DNA of 64,000 nucleotides from Eledone cirrhosa (lineage: Eukaryota): positions 29,822,001-29,886,000 of the forward strand of contig OZ024741.1 in NCBI GenBank assembly GCA_964016885.1, in the 5' to 3' direction. The position numbers and the translations under genes were made by a program. This document shows, piece after piece, positions 1 through 13,705 of the stretch. Under the pieces are notes generated by a model, which did not search any database, was not told the DNA's origin, and worked only from the letters and a program-made list of their open reading frames with translations. Position 1 is the stretch's first letter; every line of letters starts with the position of its first letter.

Positions 1-3000
1 AATCCAACAAAACACGAAACACCCCTCCAGCAACAAACAAAACCAAACCTGCCCCTCCCCTCTTCGAAACACTCACACCATCCGAAAAAAAGACATTACA
101 CTATACTTACATCAACAGAAACAATAATAAATTAAATGAACTCATAAACAATAATCCTTCGGTACAAACCGAAGGTGTAAACTTTGTTTCTTCAGAAAAC
201 TACCCACATTTAAAATTAATAAATATCCCAATGAACCTCTACCAAAAACTAAAAAGGATTTTAAGGAGGACGTAGGACCACCCTCTGTGAAACCCATAAA
301 CCGCGTCCTACTAAAAAGCTTTCCCCCTCCCCTTCCCCTCCCCACCACAACTCCAAACACCCCAACCCCACCACACACTGACGACCCCACACCACCACAA
401 GACACCCCTTCACCCAACACCCCCGACCCCATGGAAGTCGTGCGACCCGAACCCCGGGAAGCAGAAAGGTAGGTCTCTACACTCTCCTTTGGTTTTGCCG
501 CCCACATGGATGTGTTAAGAGTAGGATGTTTGAATGCACGTGGCCTGGGCTCAACTTGGAAGCAAGCAAAGCTTCTAAATGACCTCAGGTCACGTTATAA
601 ATGTAATAGTTATCTGTGAGACTCGGATCATCGTCATGCGGCAGCTGGCCCCTACCTTCGATGACTTTGAGGTGCATGCATCTCTCTGTCAACCTGGAGG
701 TGGGGGTGGGGCTGCCGTACTGCTGGAAAAACACCTGGGTCTCGCCGTACAGGTTGTTCACTCGGACCCGGAGGGTCGTTTGTTGAGCTGGACGTTGGCA
801 GTAGGGAAGGTGCAAAGCCTTGACACTGGTCGCCGTCTACTCCCCTTACGGAGCTGAACGGCCCGACTTCTTCCAGCGTTTGGAGACTTTTCTGGGAACG
901 TCGCGTTCCCTGCTTCTAGCGGGGGATTGGAATGACATCCTAGATGCACGTTGGGACTATGCAGGAGCATGTCCTAATAGAGGAGGTGTAACAGCCTCAA
1001 GGGGTTACTCGACCATTATAACTTGGTCGATAGATATCGACTAGATTTTCCAACTGTGCCAACCTGGACTTGGACGAACCACAGTGGTCAATCTAGATCG
1101 TACTTAGATAGATTCTTAGTTAGAAGTAAGGATACGGACATATTAAGCAGTTCAGAAATACTCACGGTTGGCTATACGGATCACAAATTAGTGACCTGCG
1201 TAGTCAATCTCGAGAAAACACATAAACAGGGTCCCGGTTACTGGAAACTTAATTTCTCTTTACCGACAAAAGAGACTTACAGAAACCGGATTAGGAGATT
1301 AGTTAAGGAGAGGTTGACGGGTGCAATCGTCAACAACCGATGGTGGGTATCTCTCAAAAGAGAGATTAGAACAGAATCAATAAGTTATAGCAAGATGTTA
1401 GCTGCTGATAGGAATAGAAACGAGAAAGAATTAACAGGTAAATTAGAAGAGGCAATCAAGAGCGAAGATGTGGCCAGAGTGCTGGCATCGAGGACGGCCT
1501 TGAACCAGTTTTTCGATGCAAAGCACGAAGGCTGCGTCATTCGAAGTAAAATACGTGCTCTAGGTAATGAGGGGGCCAAAGCCGTTGGCTGGGCCCGCGT
1601 GACAGAAGCTAAGAGTGGAAATCGATCCACCATCCGGTCGTTGCAAGACGAAGATGGACGGGTGATCCAGGAGCCTAAGCAGATGTGCGAGGCCTTTCAA
1701 AGACACTTTGCCTGATTGTTCGGGGAAGGAGAGGGTCCGGGCGGGGGCGTGGATTTCGGTCCATACCTCGATGGCCTACCGCGTCTCTTGAGCGAAGAGG
1801 CAGAGTCCTACGAGGGACCAATCTCGGCTGATGAGATCGGAGATGCGCTGAGCCAATGCAGCAGACGCGAATCTCCAGGTCTCGATGGTATACCTTACGA
1901 ACTTTATTTAGCAATGCCGGTCTTCTCCGAACTCCTCGAAGCGGTCTACTGCAATTGGCAGCAGAACGGGAGAATTCCTTGTTCTGTAGCCAAGGGCGTA
2001 GTCACGCTGGTGAGGAAGGACGAGAACAAGGGAGATAGTATAAATAATTTTCGGCCCATAACCCTGCTAAACACAGAGTTAAAGATTATGGCCAAGGTGT
2101 TAGCAAAGAGGTTGGCGCTTGTCGTGGGTGGCCTGGTGGGAGATGCGCAGACATGTGCTATCCCATCCAGGTCCATTCACGATAACCTCCACCTCATGCG
2201 ATACATCATAGAGAGGCTTGGCAACAAACCCGGCTTCGGTGGGGCCCTTATCAACTCGGATCAGTCTAAGGCCTTCGATAGGGTCAACCATGGTTACCTG
2301 GATGCGGTGCTAGCGGCGGCTGGGTTCGGTCCTGTTTTCAGAAGCTGGATCACTGCCTTACATAGCATCCACATCTGTTCTAGGATCAAGGTGAACGGCT
2401 ACCTTTCGAAGCCGTTCGAAATCACACGATCCATTCGACAGGGGTGCCCTCTCTCCTCCCTTCTGTACGTATTGACTCTCGAGCCTTTACTGAGGAAGTT
2501 GGAGTTGTTGCAGGGTATCCCCCTGGAACCAGGATTGAGCAAAGCGGTGTCGGCCTACGCCGATGACGTAACAGTAATGGTATCGACCGACTCGGAGATC
2601 GAGGCGATCGGTACCTTACTGGAGGATTACGAAAGGTTGTCAGGAGCGAAACTGAACCGGGAACAATCCATCGGGCTGCAACTCGGAACGTGGAGAGGCA
2701 GACCGATGCCTCCTGACGGTGTCGTCGGACACTGGACGGAGGGCCCGGTAAAGTTGCTTGGGGTCTGGTTTGGACCGGACCTCCAGGTGGAAAAGAACTG
2801 GAACGAGGTTACGAACAAGGTGTTTGCACTAACCCAGAAATGGGCCAAGTGTAAGCTGTCCCTAAAAGGCCGGGCAGAGGTGGCGAATATTTACATAGCG
2901 TCCGTCACTTACTACCGCCTGACTGTCGTGCCTTGCCCTAAGGAAACACTCACCACCATGGAACGCATGCTCTTTCAATTTCTTTGGAAGAAGCGCCCTC

Positions 3001-4152
3001 CTATGGTGAGAAGATCCATCTGCTGCCAACAACCTTCGAAAGGAGGGCTGGGGATGCCGTGGTTGATGATGCGTAGGAACGCATTAAGACTACGGCACCT
3101 ACAGGTATTCCTCACTGGTCAACCGGTGTGGGCTCCGTTCGTGAAACGAGCCTTTCCGAGACTCGTCTCGCTCACCGAGCTACAGTCCTGGGTCAAGCAA
3201 AGATCCGGAAAACTAGGAGACTGGCACACTGAGTGTGCTCAGGCGCTCAGGGCTTTCTGGCAAGCGGGCCAGGCCATCGGTGGAGAATCCACCTCATCAT
3301 TCTATAGAGGGCTGGTGGCTAGCAGGGGCGATGACACCCTTGGAGAGTCGCTGGACATGGAAGAAGACGAACTGGCCAGCCTGTTCGGTAGGACTTTCGG
3401 CCCAGGACCAATGGAAAACTTCCAGAAGTCACTGGCCTGGCAGTGCTACCCGGGGGCTCTACCCGTTCGAGAGAGGCTCTACAGACACGGGCGCCCGGGC
3501 AGGATCCCTCAAAAAAGATTTGCCCTAGATGCGTGCGTCACGAAGAAACCGTTGCGCACGCATTGGTGCAATGTCCGGGCGTGGCTGATCTGTGGGGCTA
3601 CGCCGAACGACTGCTATCGCGGGTGGCGCCTATTAAATTGACCGCCGAGTCCGTGATGACAATCAAACCGCCTCCCCTCTTCACAAAGGAAGCAAAGGCG
3701 GTTTTTCTGTGCGTAATAGCCATGTTGAAAGAGGTTGTTTGGTGGACACGATTGAAAGGTCTGAGGTCGGGCAACTTCCTCTCTGGCCATAGTCTGGTCT
3801 ACTTCTTCCGATATCACTTCGGAAGAAGGATAAGAATGGAGAGAGAGGTGCTTGGCCACAGGCAGTTTTATGAAAGGTGGGTGATAGTGGCGAGAATGGC
3901 TCGTGTAAATGGGCCTTCTCTGTATACCATCCTGTAGGTAAAGAAGTAAAGGAGAGGGGAGCACCTTCTCCATGTGCTCCCCGGGCAAAGGATTGCACAC
4001 TTTTTCGGGGGTGTGTGCAACCCCCATCACGTCCCTTCCCTTTTGAGGTTATTTTCGATTATTTTCATTTTATACCCTTTTCACTCGATTATATGTAAAC
4101 TCCCCCTTTGTATTTGTCCCTTCTTTTTATGCCTGTATGGTAAATAAAGAAA
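1..4152 (+). mobile_element. Tx1-clade (L1-like) non-LTR retrotransposon, copy 1; 5' end lies outside the window
   Basis: Pro/Thr-rich ORF1 tail ends at 472 and matches the ORF1 C-terminus of copy 2. ORF2 fragments have APE and RT motifs. The 3' UTR ends in AATAAAGAAA, followed by TCTATCTAT. Confidence 0.92.
506..3937 (+). pseudogene. Frameshifted ORF2 (APE endonuclease + reverse transcriptase + C-terminal Cys/His motif) of Tx1 copy 1
   Basis: Motifs LAGDWN, SYLDRFLV, YTDHKLV, GPGYWKLN, FRPITLLNTELKI, DQSKAFDRVNH, IRQGCPLS, AYADDV and CPRC..ETVAHALVQC are spread over several frames. Confidence 0.92.
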
Positions 4153-4190
4153 TCTATCTATAGATCTATCTATCAATCTTTCTATCTACC

Positions 4191-4280
<90 letters not shown>

Positions 4281-4296
4281 TCATATTCATATATAT

Positions 4297-4331
<35 letters not shown>

Positions 4332-5425
4332 TCCTTGTTTATTAATCAGTAGCGGTAATGTACTATTTGGCCGGCTAACAGATATTCTTACTTAATTTAT
4401 ATTAATGTGCTAAATAAAATAATGTTTTCAAAAACAATTTGGCGATGAAGACATGTTTGGAGTTGATCTCTATGTCTTCGTATGTTTTATGTATAATTCT
4501 GATATAGTCATATCAATTATTTCGTTAGTGAAACTGTGTATAAGAATCTTCGTATTAAAAAGGTTTGAGTAATGTTCATCTTTTTTATATCAATTTATTC
4601 GGTTCATATTTCTGTGACTTGTAAAAACCTATTTCCTTTTTGTTCTCGCCTGTTTTTCGTCTCGTTCTTAGACACGTATTTCCATATGCAGAGTCAGGCA
4701 GTAATCATGATATTGTATTTGCTGTTTAGTTATTCATGTTGTGCTAGAATTGTATTTAGCTATCAATAATATAATTGTGAAATTTCCTGTAACAATGTTA
4801 TGAATGTTTTTTTTATCTGCATATCGAGGTATTTCCACTAATACTCTATTGTTAATCCAGACATCGAATGATTTAGTTCAATTTTAATCGACAAGTAGAG
4901 CGTGAACAACAAGTAGATTTTAACACCGAATTTCTATCTTCCGTTAATTAAAAAAAAAGTTTGAAATTTTAAAATACAACGACATTAGAATTCCAAGCTG
5001 TACTGTGCAAACATTTCATTCGGAAGGAGTCGAAAATAAGAAAACAGAAAATGAAATATAATATAAGAAAATCACGTTAAAATCGAATAAAAAATTAATT
5101 AAAATAAGTAAAATGCTATTCTGATGGAAAATAAATACGTTTGACACACGCAGGCTCACATAACCACAAACACACACATGCGCATGCGTAGTTTTAATAT
5201 TAGTATGTAACTGAGTAATTTTATTCTGTGTAATGTGTTCTGGGAAAAGTTTGGTATAGACCCTACCTCGTCCACTTTCACATATGCAACATTCACCCGG
5301 CAAGGTTTGTTATTGTAAACAAACACTTCTACTACTATATTGTACTTCATCAAATTTTGTTTTGACGTTTACCGTTTTACACACCCACTTGCATACATAC
5401 ACACACACATACATATATGCATACA

Positions 5426-5506
<81 letters not shown>

Positions 5507-5510
5507 CTCT

Positions 5511-5629
5511 TCTATAGTTTATTGTTATTCATTAATGTTAAAGTTTATTCAATTTCATGCACCCCCCCCCCCTCCCGTCACATCTTCTAATGTCCCATTT
5601 CTTGTACGCCCTTGTGGCAAATAAAGAAA
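5511..5629 (+). mobile_element. 5'-truncated 3'-UTR stub of the same Tx1 group
   Basis: tgtccc..ttt..gcc..tgtggcaaataaagaaa matches the 3' ends at 4115-4152 and 15595-15635 (minus strand). It sits just after a (TCTA)n array. Confidence 0.7.
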
Positions 5630-5667
5630 TATATCTATCCACACACACACACATATATATATATATA

Positions 5668-6499
5668 TTGATAGTGGTAGAACACTGAAAGGTAATATCC
5701 GTAGTGGTAGAGCACTCAGTCCATGGGACGAGTTAGGTAGAAGTGGTTACACAACAGTTAGTTCACCATAACGAGAACAAATGTTTCACCTTAGCGGATC
5801 CTCAGCTCGTAATGGGCATGGTTATACGGAACAGGAAGGACAACCGTACGAACGCGCATGCGCGTAAACCCGTGACTTCACACAGGCAATACTAAAATGC
5901 GTGCGAGAAGTGTAAGGGAGATAACTGCGAAAGTCCGAAAAGTTTTTAGTTGATAAGAAAAAAATTGATGTTGTTACAATAATTCATTCAATCCGGAGCT
6001 TTGTAGTTATGCAATAGGTGTTTAGAGACGTGTAGACAACGTGTCAAAAGTTCATTTCTCATGTTTAGGCAATCACTATTGCATAATCTCTTTAGAATAT
6101 TTATTTGTTCGTCAATAAACAGTCCACACGACGGATTTCCCCTTGCGTACGGCTTGGACTTAGTGATGGCTTTACGAAAAATGAATTTTTCACATGTTCT
6201 CCACACGTCTCGAAACACCTATTGCATAACTACAAAGCTCCGGATTGAAAGAATTATTGTAACAACATCAATATTTTTTCTTATCAACTAAAAACTTTTC
6301 GAACTTTCGCAGTTATCTCCCTTACACCTCTTGCACGGATTTTAGTATTGCCTGTGTGAAGTGACGCGTTTCTGCGCATGCGCGTTCGTACGGTTCTCTT
6401 TCCTGTTCCGTATGACCATGCCCATTACGAGCTGAGGATCCGCTAAGGTGAAACAATTGATCTCGGTATGGTGAACTAACTGTTGTGTAACCACTTCTA
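5668..6499. mobile_element. Penelope-like element 3' remnant in fold-back form (arms ~5736-6056 / 6181-6499)
   Basis: Long imperfect inverted repeat. Minus-strand ORF SKPY...CGL..E...LNMRNELLTRCLH resembles a PLE endonuclease C-terminus. Each arm has an HHR, and the element is flanked by (TA)n. Confidence 0.85.
5766..5815 (-). ncRNA. Minimal type I hammerhead ribozyme (mirror copy + 6422-6471)
   Basis: ccauuacgag-CUGAGGA-ucc gcuaa ggu-GAAAC-auuu-GUU-cucguuaugg. The mirror copy has GAU at the cleavage triplet and is probably dead. Confidence 0.8.
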
Positions 6500-6570
6500 T
6501 ATATATTGATATATATATTATCCTTATCGAGCCCTCTTCGGATTTTAATCTTCACATTTATTATTATTAC

Positions 6571-6675
<105 letters not shown>

Positions 6676-7045
6676 CTGATCGTAGCTAAGATGCTTCCAT
6701 TGGCGGTATGCCGGTTGAGCACTCTATGCCCTTACAGAGCAGAGTATGATATAATAGAAAAATAAAAATCAGTGATGTATCTGAAATCAATTTATTGTGT
6801 TACAATTGTTTCGCCGGCGACCAGCTCGAGACGCGATCATTGTGTGGATCTGTCTGATTCTGGACCCGCAGGTTCGACGGACATGTCTAAACGTCTAATG
6901 ATTTCGACGTGTCCGTCGAACCTCCGAGTCCAGAATCAGAGAGTTCCACACAATGATCGCGTCTCGAGCAGTCCGCTGGCAAAACAATAGTAACACACAA
7001 TAAATTGAGTTTAGATGCATCACTGCTTTTTCTTTTTCTATAATA
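6676..7045. mobile_element. Non-coding PLE-type fold-back element (arms ~6752-6887 / 6908-7042)
   Basis: Inverted repeat carrying only the HHR 3' half (GAAACAAUUGUA on the minus strand). Its tail resembles 62745-62820. Confidence 0.7.
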
Positions 7046-7074
7046 TATATATACACACACAGACGGTGTTTATA

Positions 7075-7113
<39 letters not shown>

Positions 7114-7186
7114 TATCCTTATCGAGCCCTCTTCGGATTTTAGTTTTCACGTTTATTATTTTTTTTATTTAAAATATATATATATG

Positions 7187-7270
<84 letters not shown>

Positions 7271-7276
<6 letters not shown>

Positions 7277-8038
7277 GACGTAAAATAAGAAAATTATATT
7301 AATTAACTTACTTACTTAAGTTTCACTCCAACTAATTAGTTTCTGAAAGGGGATATACATAGTGTTCAAAGCTATGGAGAATTCCTTTCTTCATCAGGGA
7401 GTCAATTCTCTGCTAAGATCCCAGGCGATAGGTGGACACAGGGATCTCAAACAAAAATAATTCAGTGAATGGAAAAGAAGCAAGCGCTGTATAAATATGT
7501 TGGTAGATATACTAATTCTTTCTAATTATCTCCAAATTATTTGTTGAGTAAAAATTCGCCTGAATTACTGCTATGATTCATAGTAGTATTTTGGCTACTG
7601 TCTTTTTAACACCCCACTCCTCACTGGTTAACCTCGATGTTACGTAATTGATTCTTTTGAATTTGCCACTGACCGGGAAGGTAGTGAAATTTTCAGTGTC
7701 TTGAAATTTAGTCCGCGCTTGCTTCTTTTCCATTCACAGAATAATTTTTGGTTGAGATTCCTGTGTCCGCCTATCTCCTGGGATCTTAGCAGAGAATTGA
7801 CTCCCTGATGAAGAAAGGAATTCTCCATAGCCTTGACACTATGTATATCCCCTTTCAGAAACTAATTAGTTGGAGTGAAACTTAAGTAAGTAAGTTAATT
7901 ATTATAATTTTCTTATTTTACGTCTTTCATATAATTGTTCTACATTTTTGTATTGAACCACAAAGTTACTAAGACAAAACCTATATCTTGCTAGCATAAG
8001 TATACTTCTGTATGGATATGTTGGTAGATATAATAATT

Positions 8039-8042
<4 letters not shown>
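7271..8042. mobile_element. Non-coding PLE-type element: inverted partial copy plus a ~520-bp unit with terminal redundancy
   Basis: Arms are ~7271-7487 / 7714-7931. atatgttggtagatata occurs at ~7495 and again at ~8015. Flanks are (TA)n. Confidence 0.8.
7800..7876 (+). ncRNA. Type I hammerhead ribozyme (mirror copy - 7325-7402)
   Basis: acucc-CUGAUGA-agaaagg...ccuuuca-GAAAC-uaauua-GUU-ggagu, with a palindromic stem III. Confidence 0.85.
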
Positions 8043-8084
<42 letters not shown>

Positions 8085-8086
<2 letters not shown>

Positions 8087-8416
8087 CGAAAGATTAATAT
8101 GGTCCATTGATTACTCAATGAATACAGTTTTACAGTAGATTAAAAGCACTCAACAATAAAAGGTTTTCCTGGAGTTATTAATATTATTCAAAATATTAAC
8201 AAATGAAGATATTCACATAATCAAAATATATGTTTTATTATATATATTTCGAAGGTACTGTGCTGTTTTTGAGGTATGTCATATATCAAATCATGTATTT
8301 TATCTGACGAGGACGTACTGAAAAAACAGCACAGTACCTTCGAAATATATATAATAACACATATTTTGATTATGTGAATATCTTCATTTGTTAATATTTT
8401 GAATACTATTAATAGC
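8085..8416. mobile_element. PLE-type fold-back with HHR at + 8300-8357; related to 35660-36072
   Basis: Arms are ~8175-8270 / 8322-8415. HHR reads uuau-CUGACGA-ggacguacug...caguaccuuc-GAAA-uauaua-UA-auaa. Confidence 0.75.
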
Positions 8417-10445
8417 ACATGTGCAAGATCATCATCGGTCGCTTCCCAGTTTGCATTATGAAGATCCATGGTGTCAAATGGATGAACTGGAGAGATGTCA
8501 TTGGGTTTGCTTTTTGGACGGTGGAATCTCATATCACAGAGAACCATGTCAATGTCTGAGAGTAGAGGTTTTCTCACTGCAATATTGTGGATAGTGAACA
8601 TTGGGTCCAAAAGCTTTTTGTGGCACCTTGTTGGTTCGAGCACAAGTTGGGACAGGAAAAACTCATCCATGAAGTCATGAAGCGATCCTTTGCCTCCTTG
8701 TAAGGGGTTAAGGTGGAAAAACTATTTAACACAGGGGAGGTTGAAGTCCCCCTTCATTAAGATGTTGCAAGGGTGACACTGTTGGATGAAACACTTTATG
8801 GTGTTGAGGCATTCCTTGAAGCATGGTAGAGGCGTTTGGGGTGGCCTATAGAGCCCAACTACTATTAAGTTGTTGGTTCTACTGCTTCAGAGTATCTATT
8901 GGAAAATATGTTCTTAAACTCTGTCGAAAAAGAATCATGTACAAAAATGTCAGTTCCACGCTTTCTTCTGCCAGCGCGATCGGCACGGGTAGATTTGAAA
9001 TTCTTCACTTTCACTTCCGCTTCCAAGTGGAGGGGGTTGAGATGGATTTCGGTGGGGACGAAGAAAGGGATGTGGTTACGATGGTCATCAGCCCAATCCT
9101 CAAGAAATTTGATCTTCCATTTGTGAGTATTGTTGGAAGGGCTGATGTCTTGAGCATTAAGCCAAAATGGTGAGGCTAAAGAGGTGATTGATTTTAATTG
9201 TTTTGGAGGTTTGTTTGTTAATGGCAGCAATAGGAGTTTGCGCAGTGGGGTGGTAGTGGAGGGTGGTGTTAGGTGACGGTTAGAATGTTTTTTTTGTAGT
9301 TCTTTTGCCAGATTCATTATGACTAAAAAAGAGGTTTCCTATTTAAGGAAATGTAAGTGACTGTAGTTGTGGGTTTTGTATTGGCTAGGATTTTTATTTT
9401 TATTTTCATTTGAGCGACGAGTCCTCGGAAGATGGGTAAAAGGACAATTACGCTACAGACATAATCTGTCTCGCTGGGAATAGCTGCATATGTTGGGATT
9501 CCGTGTTTGAGCATTTGGTGAAGTTATTGGTGGTTGTGGTAGTGTTATTTTTGAATATGTGATTTGGTGTCGGCTGTTGTTTGTAGAGATTGAGGATTTT
9601 TTCCCGGGTAAATGAATGAATTTGCAGTCTCTGGCAGTGCATAACACATTACGTAGAGAATAGCGGCAAATGATGGGGTTTCGAGGGGGTGGGTAAATGT
9701 GTGTTGTGAGAGGTATAGATGATAATTTGTGTAGGTTTGGGTATCCTGTGTGATCTGTGAGAGGTATATTCCTTGAGAGAGTAGTAGGCAAAGATGTTTT
9801 GGGGTTGATAGTAGTAGTAGATAGAGGTATTGTTGACAATGATGATGATGAGTTATTGCTTGATTAAACTATTGGGGCAGTTAGAGCAGGTGATTTTTCA
9901 GTTTCCTACTGTCAGCAGCTGGGATCTGATAGGTTGATGGTTTCATTTTGTAGGTCATTCATTGAGGTTGAATTTAAGATTGATTGAAGCTGTTGTTGTT
10001 CAGAGTGAGCAATACTTGAACATACTTGTTGCTGAATTTGTTCTTGTTGTTCTTCTTGTTGTTGACGTGGTGGTGGTATTGGGTGGTGCTGTACTGGTTG
10101 AACAGTGTTTGAAGAAAAAACACATTTATCAGAAAGTCTGTTAATTAATTTAAATGCAACATCAACTTTGCTTTAGTTTGTTTTGAATCTGCCGTTCTGA
10201 TCGGGTTTTTAAAAGGTGAACTGACCGCTTAGCAGTTTCGTTCAGACATGAAGCACCTATGTTTACCCTTTCAGTAAGGCAGTACCATACGTTTATTAGA
10301 AGTTCTATTTCCTTTTCAGACCAGTTTTCTTTGGACTTTTGTTGAGTAGCCGTCCGGTGTGACTATATTTTATTTTATTTGTTGTTTACTCTGTGTGGGT
10401 TTGTGAGTGTGTGGGTTCCCTGATTCCTTGAGGATATTCAGAGAG
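8417..10445 (-). mobile_element. Decayed 5' half of a CR1-group LINE (ORF1 with CCCH-type finger + APE endonuclease)
   Basis: ORF1 contains CRYSLRNVLCTARDCKFIH. APE fragments are WLNAQ..TEIHL..RADR..G, GDFNLP and LSQLVLEPTR..LLD. The 5' boundary is approximate. Confidence 0.75.
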
Positions 10446-10687
10446 AAGTATGTTTAATAATTTGTACAGGAATATATGGTTCAATACTGAGAAATTTAAT
10501 ATAAAAATAAGTGTGCAAGATTATTATACACTAATGTATATGGTCATATATCTCACACTTGTACATATATATTACTTATCTGCAAGAATGTCTCGATTGC
10601 GCCACCTGTCTACCCATACACCCTCGACACGCACACAGACACAGACGCATACACACAACCCCCCCCCCATATATATATATATATACA

Positions 10688-10789
<102 letters not shown>

Positions 10790-10913
10790 TATATATATAT
10801 AAATGAAAGGTATAGAAAACATTGCAGCGAAAAGCCAACAGTATTCCATAATATATAAGTGACTATAGCGTCAAAATGTGAAAAATAGTTAATATATATA
10901 TATATATAGATAT

Positions 10914-10982
<69 letters not shown>

Positions 10983-11296
10983 CATGTAGCGTTGTGTGTA
11001 TGTGTGTAGATGGAGAGAGAGGAGCAGAGATAGAAACAAAGATATGCACAGACATATTATATGCACATACTGTGTATATATAATTATGTGTACAGCCGTG
11101 TAGAGTTCCTGTACATAGTATTCAGCTTGTGCCAATAATGCTAGGCTATTAATTCTATTGTCTAGTAGAACCATGGCAGAGTTAATTAGTCACTTCCACA
11201 AAATATTCATTCTTAACTGAAAGCACGTAATTCACTCGCTATAAAATAATTCCAAATTTACTATTAAGATACTCAAGATATTCACATCCATACATC

Positions 11297-11360
<64 letters not shown>

Positions 11361-11377
11361 CATACATACTTATATAC

Positions 11378-11409
<32 letters not shown>

Positions 11410-11544
11410 ATGTGTGTATATATGTATATAATATATGCATACATACGTACGTACATACATACTTAAAAACATACATATATAAGTACATATTTACATATTT
11501 ATATATTATGTGTGTAATTATGACATATGTTTGTATGTGTGCAC

Positions 11545-11686
<142 letters not shown>

Positions 11687-11805
11687 ATGTGTGTTTGCGT
11701 GTGTATGTAAAGAGAATTTCTTTACATATAAAAGTAAATAGAAATGTACATAGATGAAATCGTGATACCTTCGTTAGAGTGATATACAACATAAAACAAT
11801 CCTTA

Positions 11806-11942
11806 AGGACTTGGCAGTATCGGTAGAGAGTCAGAAAAATGGTTTGCGGCATAGAGTTATGGCTCTTTACGTTCTGAGTTCAAATCCCGCCGAGGTTGAC
11901 TTTGCCTTTCATACTTACGGGGTCGATAAAATAATGTACCAT
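11806..11942 (+). mobile_element. tRNA-derived SINE fragment
   Basis: A-box-like tggcagtatcgg, B box GAGTTCAAATCC, then gccgaggttgactttgcctttcat..ggggtcgataaa, which is shared with other copies in the window. Confidence 0.8.
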
Positions 11943-12007
11943 TTCAGCAACGCAGACAATGTTAGAAACTTGTCTGGCATGAGTTCATTCCTCTCGTTCG
12001 ATCGAAA

Positions 12008-12037
<30 letters not shown>

Positions 12038-12042
<5 letters not shown>

Positions 12043-13058
12043 GTAAGTATGTATGTATGTATACGTACATACATATAAGTATACACACGTACATGCGCAC
12101 ATATATATATGCATGTATCGGTTTACCGAACATGTAAACAAACAAACAGCCCGAATTACGCCGTACAGTGTTTAGGCAACCACGTCACCTTTTTGTTCAA
12201 CACTGACACAGGAATGATGTACTAGTTTCAAGCTTATTAGCTATCGTCAGCATCGTATACCTTCCTGCCAGATGGTTGAATGTCTGAAAGTATATACTTT
12301 CCTTATGCATATTAACGGCTGAGCAGCCTAATTTGCATATCGAGTGGGTTAATCGGCTGGGCGCACCAAAAATGATAAATGAAATAGAATGAAACGAAAT
12401 TTCATTTCTCACTCTTAGTACGGCACTTACTTAAATGTAAGTATGTATGTATGTATACGTACATACATATAAATATACAGACATACAGTAGTATGTATAT
12501 ATATATACATACATGCCCACATATATATATATATATATATGCACGTATCGGTTTACCGAACATTTATTATAATGCTCGGTTTGTTTGTTTGTAAATTTCG
12601 TTTCATTCTATTCCATTTATCGTTTTCAGTGTGCCCGGCCGACTGAACTCACTCGATATGCAAATTAGGCTGCTCAGCCGTTATTATGCATAAGGAAAGT
12701 ATATACTTTCAGACGTTCAACCATCTGGCAGGAAGGTATACGATGCTGACGATAGCTAATAAGCTTGAAACTAGTACATCGTCCCTGTGTCAGTGTTGAA
12801 AAAAAACGTGACGTGGTTGCCTAAACACCGTACGGCGTAATTCGGGCTGTTTGTTTGTTTACAAACAAACAAACCGAGCATTATAATAAATGTTCGGTAA
12901 ACCGATACGTGCATATATATATGTGTGCATGTATGTATATATATATACATACTACTGTACGTCTGTATACATTTATGTATGTACGTATACATACATACTT
13001 ACATTTAAGTAAGTGCTGTACTAAGAGTGAGAAATACAATTTCGTTTCATTCGATTCC
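12038..13058. mobile_element. Two inverted units of the ~470-bp HHR repeat family (same family as 47992-50930)
   Basis: Forward unit ~12038-12592, inverted unit ~12593-13058. HHRs at - 12216-12254 and + 12740-12782. Confidence 0.85.
12740..12782 (+). ncRNA. Minimal type I hammerhead ribozyme
   Basis: acgaug-CUGACGA-uagc uaauaa gcuu-GAAAC-ua-GUA-caucgu, with a perfect 6-bp stem I and palindromic ACUAGU stem III. Confidence 0.85.
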
Positions 13059-13385
13059 ATTTATATATATATATAAAACACATGTGCTTCGGGTTTCCCA
13101 CTTCGGTTTGTTGTTTCCCGTTTTTATTTTCGCTTATTTTTCGGTGTCTTTTCATTTTTCTTCCCTCTTCCCTTCTGTTACTATTCTTTCTCTCTCTTTC
13201 CCTCTTTTTCACAATAACTTCCTTGAGTTATTGACGCACTGGGGTGAGACATATTGTCTTTAATCTTTAATGCTTTGAACTGTCCAAGACCCCCAGCAGA
13301 CAACTGATGAAGGAAAATGTTCTCCCGTTCTTGCTTTCCTCTTTTTATAAGTACACCTTATTCAGCAACTACACAGCCCGTTTAT

Positions 13386-13520
<135 letters not shown>

Positions 13521-13705
13521 ATTACAATGGAAATTTACAATTACAATGATATTTTTGTCATGACAAGCTGAAGAAATTAGGGCCCAGAACCCGTCGAAAC
13601 TTGAGTGTTTTTTTTATTTCACTGTTGTAATTATTAATACTAAACTCGTCTTATGGACTGAGTGCTCTTACTCTTGTATATTTCCACTTAACTTTCACTT
13701 CAGTA
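13521..13705 (+). mobile_element. PLE-type 3' end: degenerate HHR plus conserved tail hairpin
   Basis: CTGAAGA...GAAAC at ~13568-13600. aactcgtcttatggactgagtgctct is nearly identical to the minus-strand tail at 5709-5735. Confidence 0.55.

Noticed and set aside
4990-5380. Possible PLE C-terminal remnant (NNKPCRV...)
   Set aside because: The similarity is too weak to support without a search.
13290-13345. Additional CTGATGA-type cores (also ~22670, ~27735, ~39868, ~40626, ~42303)
   Set aside because: I could not assemble a complete set of stems plus GAAA and a cleavage triplet with confidence, and they are probably decayed HHRs.
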